Below, piece by piece: positions 63,662-64,000 of a DNA stretch of 64,000 nt. This stretch comes from a virus: positions 15,488 to 79,487 of IMG/VR virus record IMGVR_UViG_3300047470_000115; one strand, 5' to 3'. The translations under genes were made by a program, and so were the position numbers. How positions within the stretch are numbered: position 1 is the stretch's first letter; each line of letters opens with the position of its first letter. The notes under the pieces were generated by a model. The model saw only the letters and a program-made list of their open reading frames with translations. It ran no database searches and was not told the origin of the DNA.

Positions 63662-64000
63662 TGTTGCACAGCTGGTGTTGAAGGACAGCAGAGGTGTTGC
63701 GCCCCGTTGGGTCCGGCCTTGACCCTCGTAGCTTGCCAACGCCCCACGTTGCAGGCGCGAGGTGCCAAATCCCCCCCTGCCGCCTCGCGAGTGTCGAGGC
63801 CGGACCCGCCCCCAACTTAATAAGCAAGGCTGCGCGGTGCTGAGGTGCCGCTGGGGAGTGTCATGTCTCGTTCCGCGCAGCCTGATACCCCCTCCGCTAC
63901 CTCTAGGTAGCCAGTTGTATCGCAGGAAAGTCGTCCGGCCGACACTCCACCTGCGACGCGAGGGGAAAGAGCGAAGGCCCGACACCTAGCCTGCAGGTGT
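63662..64000 (+). ncRNA. candidate large structured RNA (may continue beyond the window)
   Basis: Successive nested stems with G-U pairs that work only on the + strand; no credible ORF. Confidence 0.55.

Overview
The window is most of the genome of a high-GC tailed (siphovirus-like) phage of an actinobacterium, most likely Streptomyces, judging by the WhiB, the NsdA-like TPR protein, the endolysin type and the HrdB-type TTGACN-N17/18-TAGRRT promoters. It has four parts. (1) 1-21.9 kb, + strand: the end of the major capsid gene, head-tail joining genes, major tail protein, frameshifted tail chaperones, a 2087-aa tape measure with a lytic-transglycosylase domain, minor tail proteins, holin and amidase endolysin, a beta-helix tail spike and a collagen-like membrane protein. 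(2) 22.3-60.3 kb, - strand: early/middle genes, including a RecB-like nuclease, WhiB, DNA methylase, RusA, sliding clamp, oligoribonuclease, SNF2 helicase, SSB-like protein, an atypical tyrosine recombinase, a MoxR-type AAA+ with an acidic VWA partner, an HNH, an NsdA-like TPR protein and many small unknowns. (3) 60.4-62.6 kb: a non-coding divergence region dense with repeats (candidate origin or packaging/end region). (4) 62.7-64 kb, + strand: a DUF2829/Tad2-like gene, small ORFs and a large structured non-coding stretch. The most interesting signal is a candidate RNA regulatory layer. A stand-alone ~125-nt small RNA (47320-47445, own promoter and terminator) carries a loop complementary to a 35-nt leader element, with a covarying RBS hairpin, duplicated in front of two putative early genes (59601-59635 and 60332-60366). 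All protein assignments come from motif recognition by eye; no database search was run.
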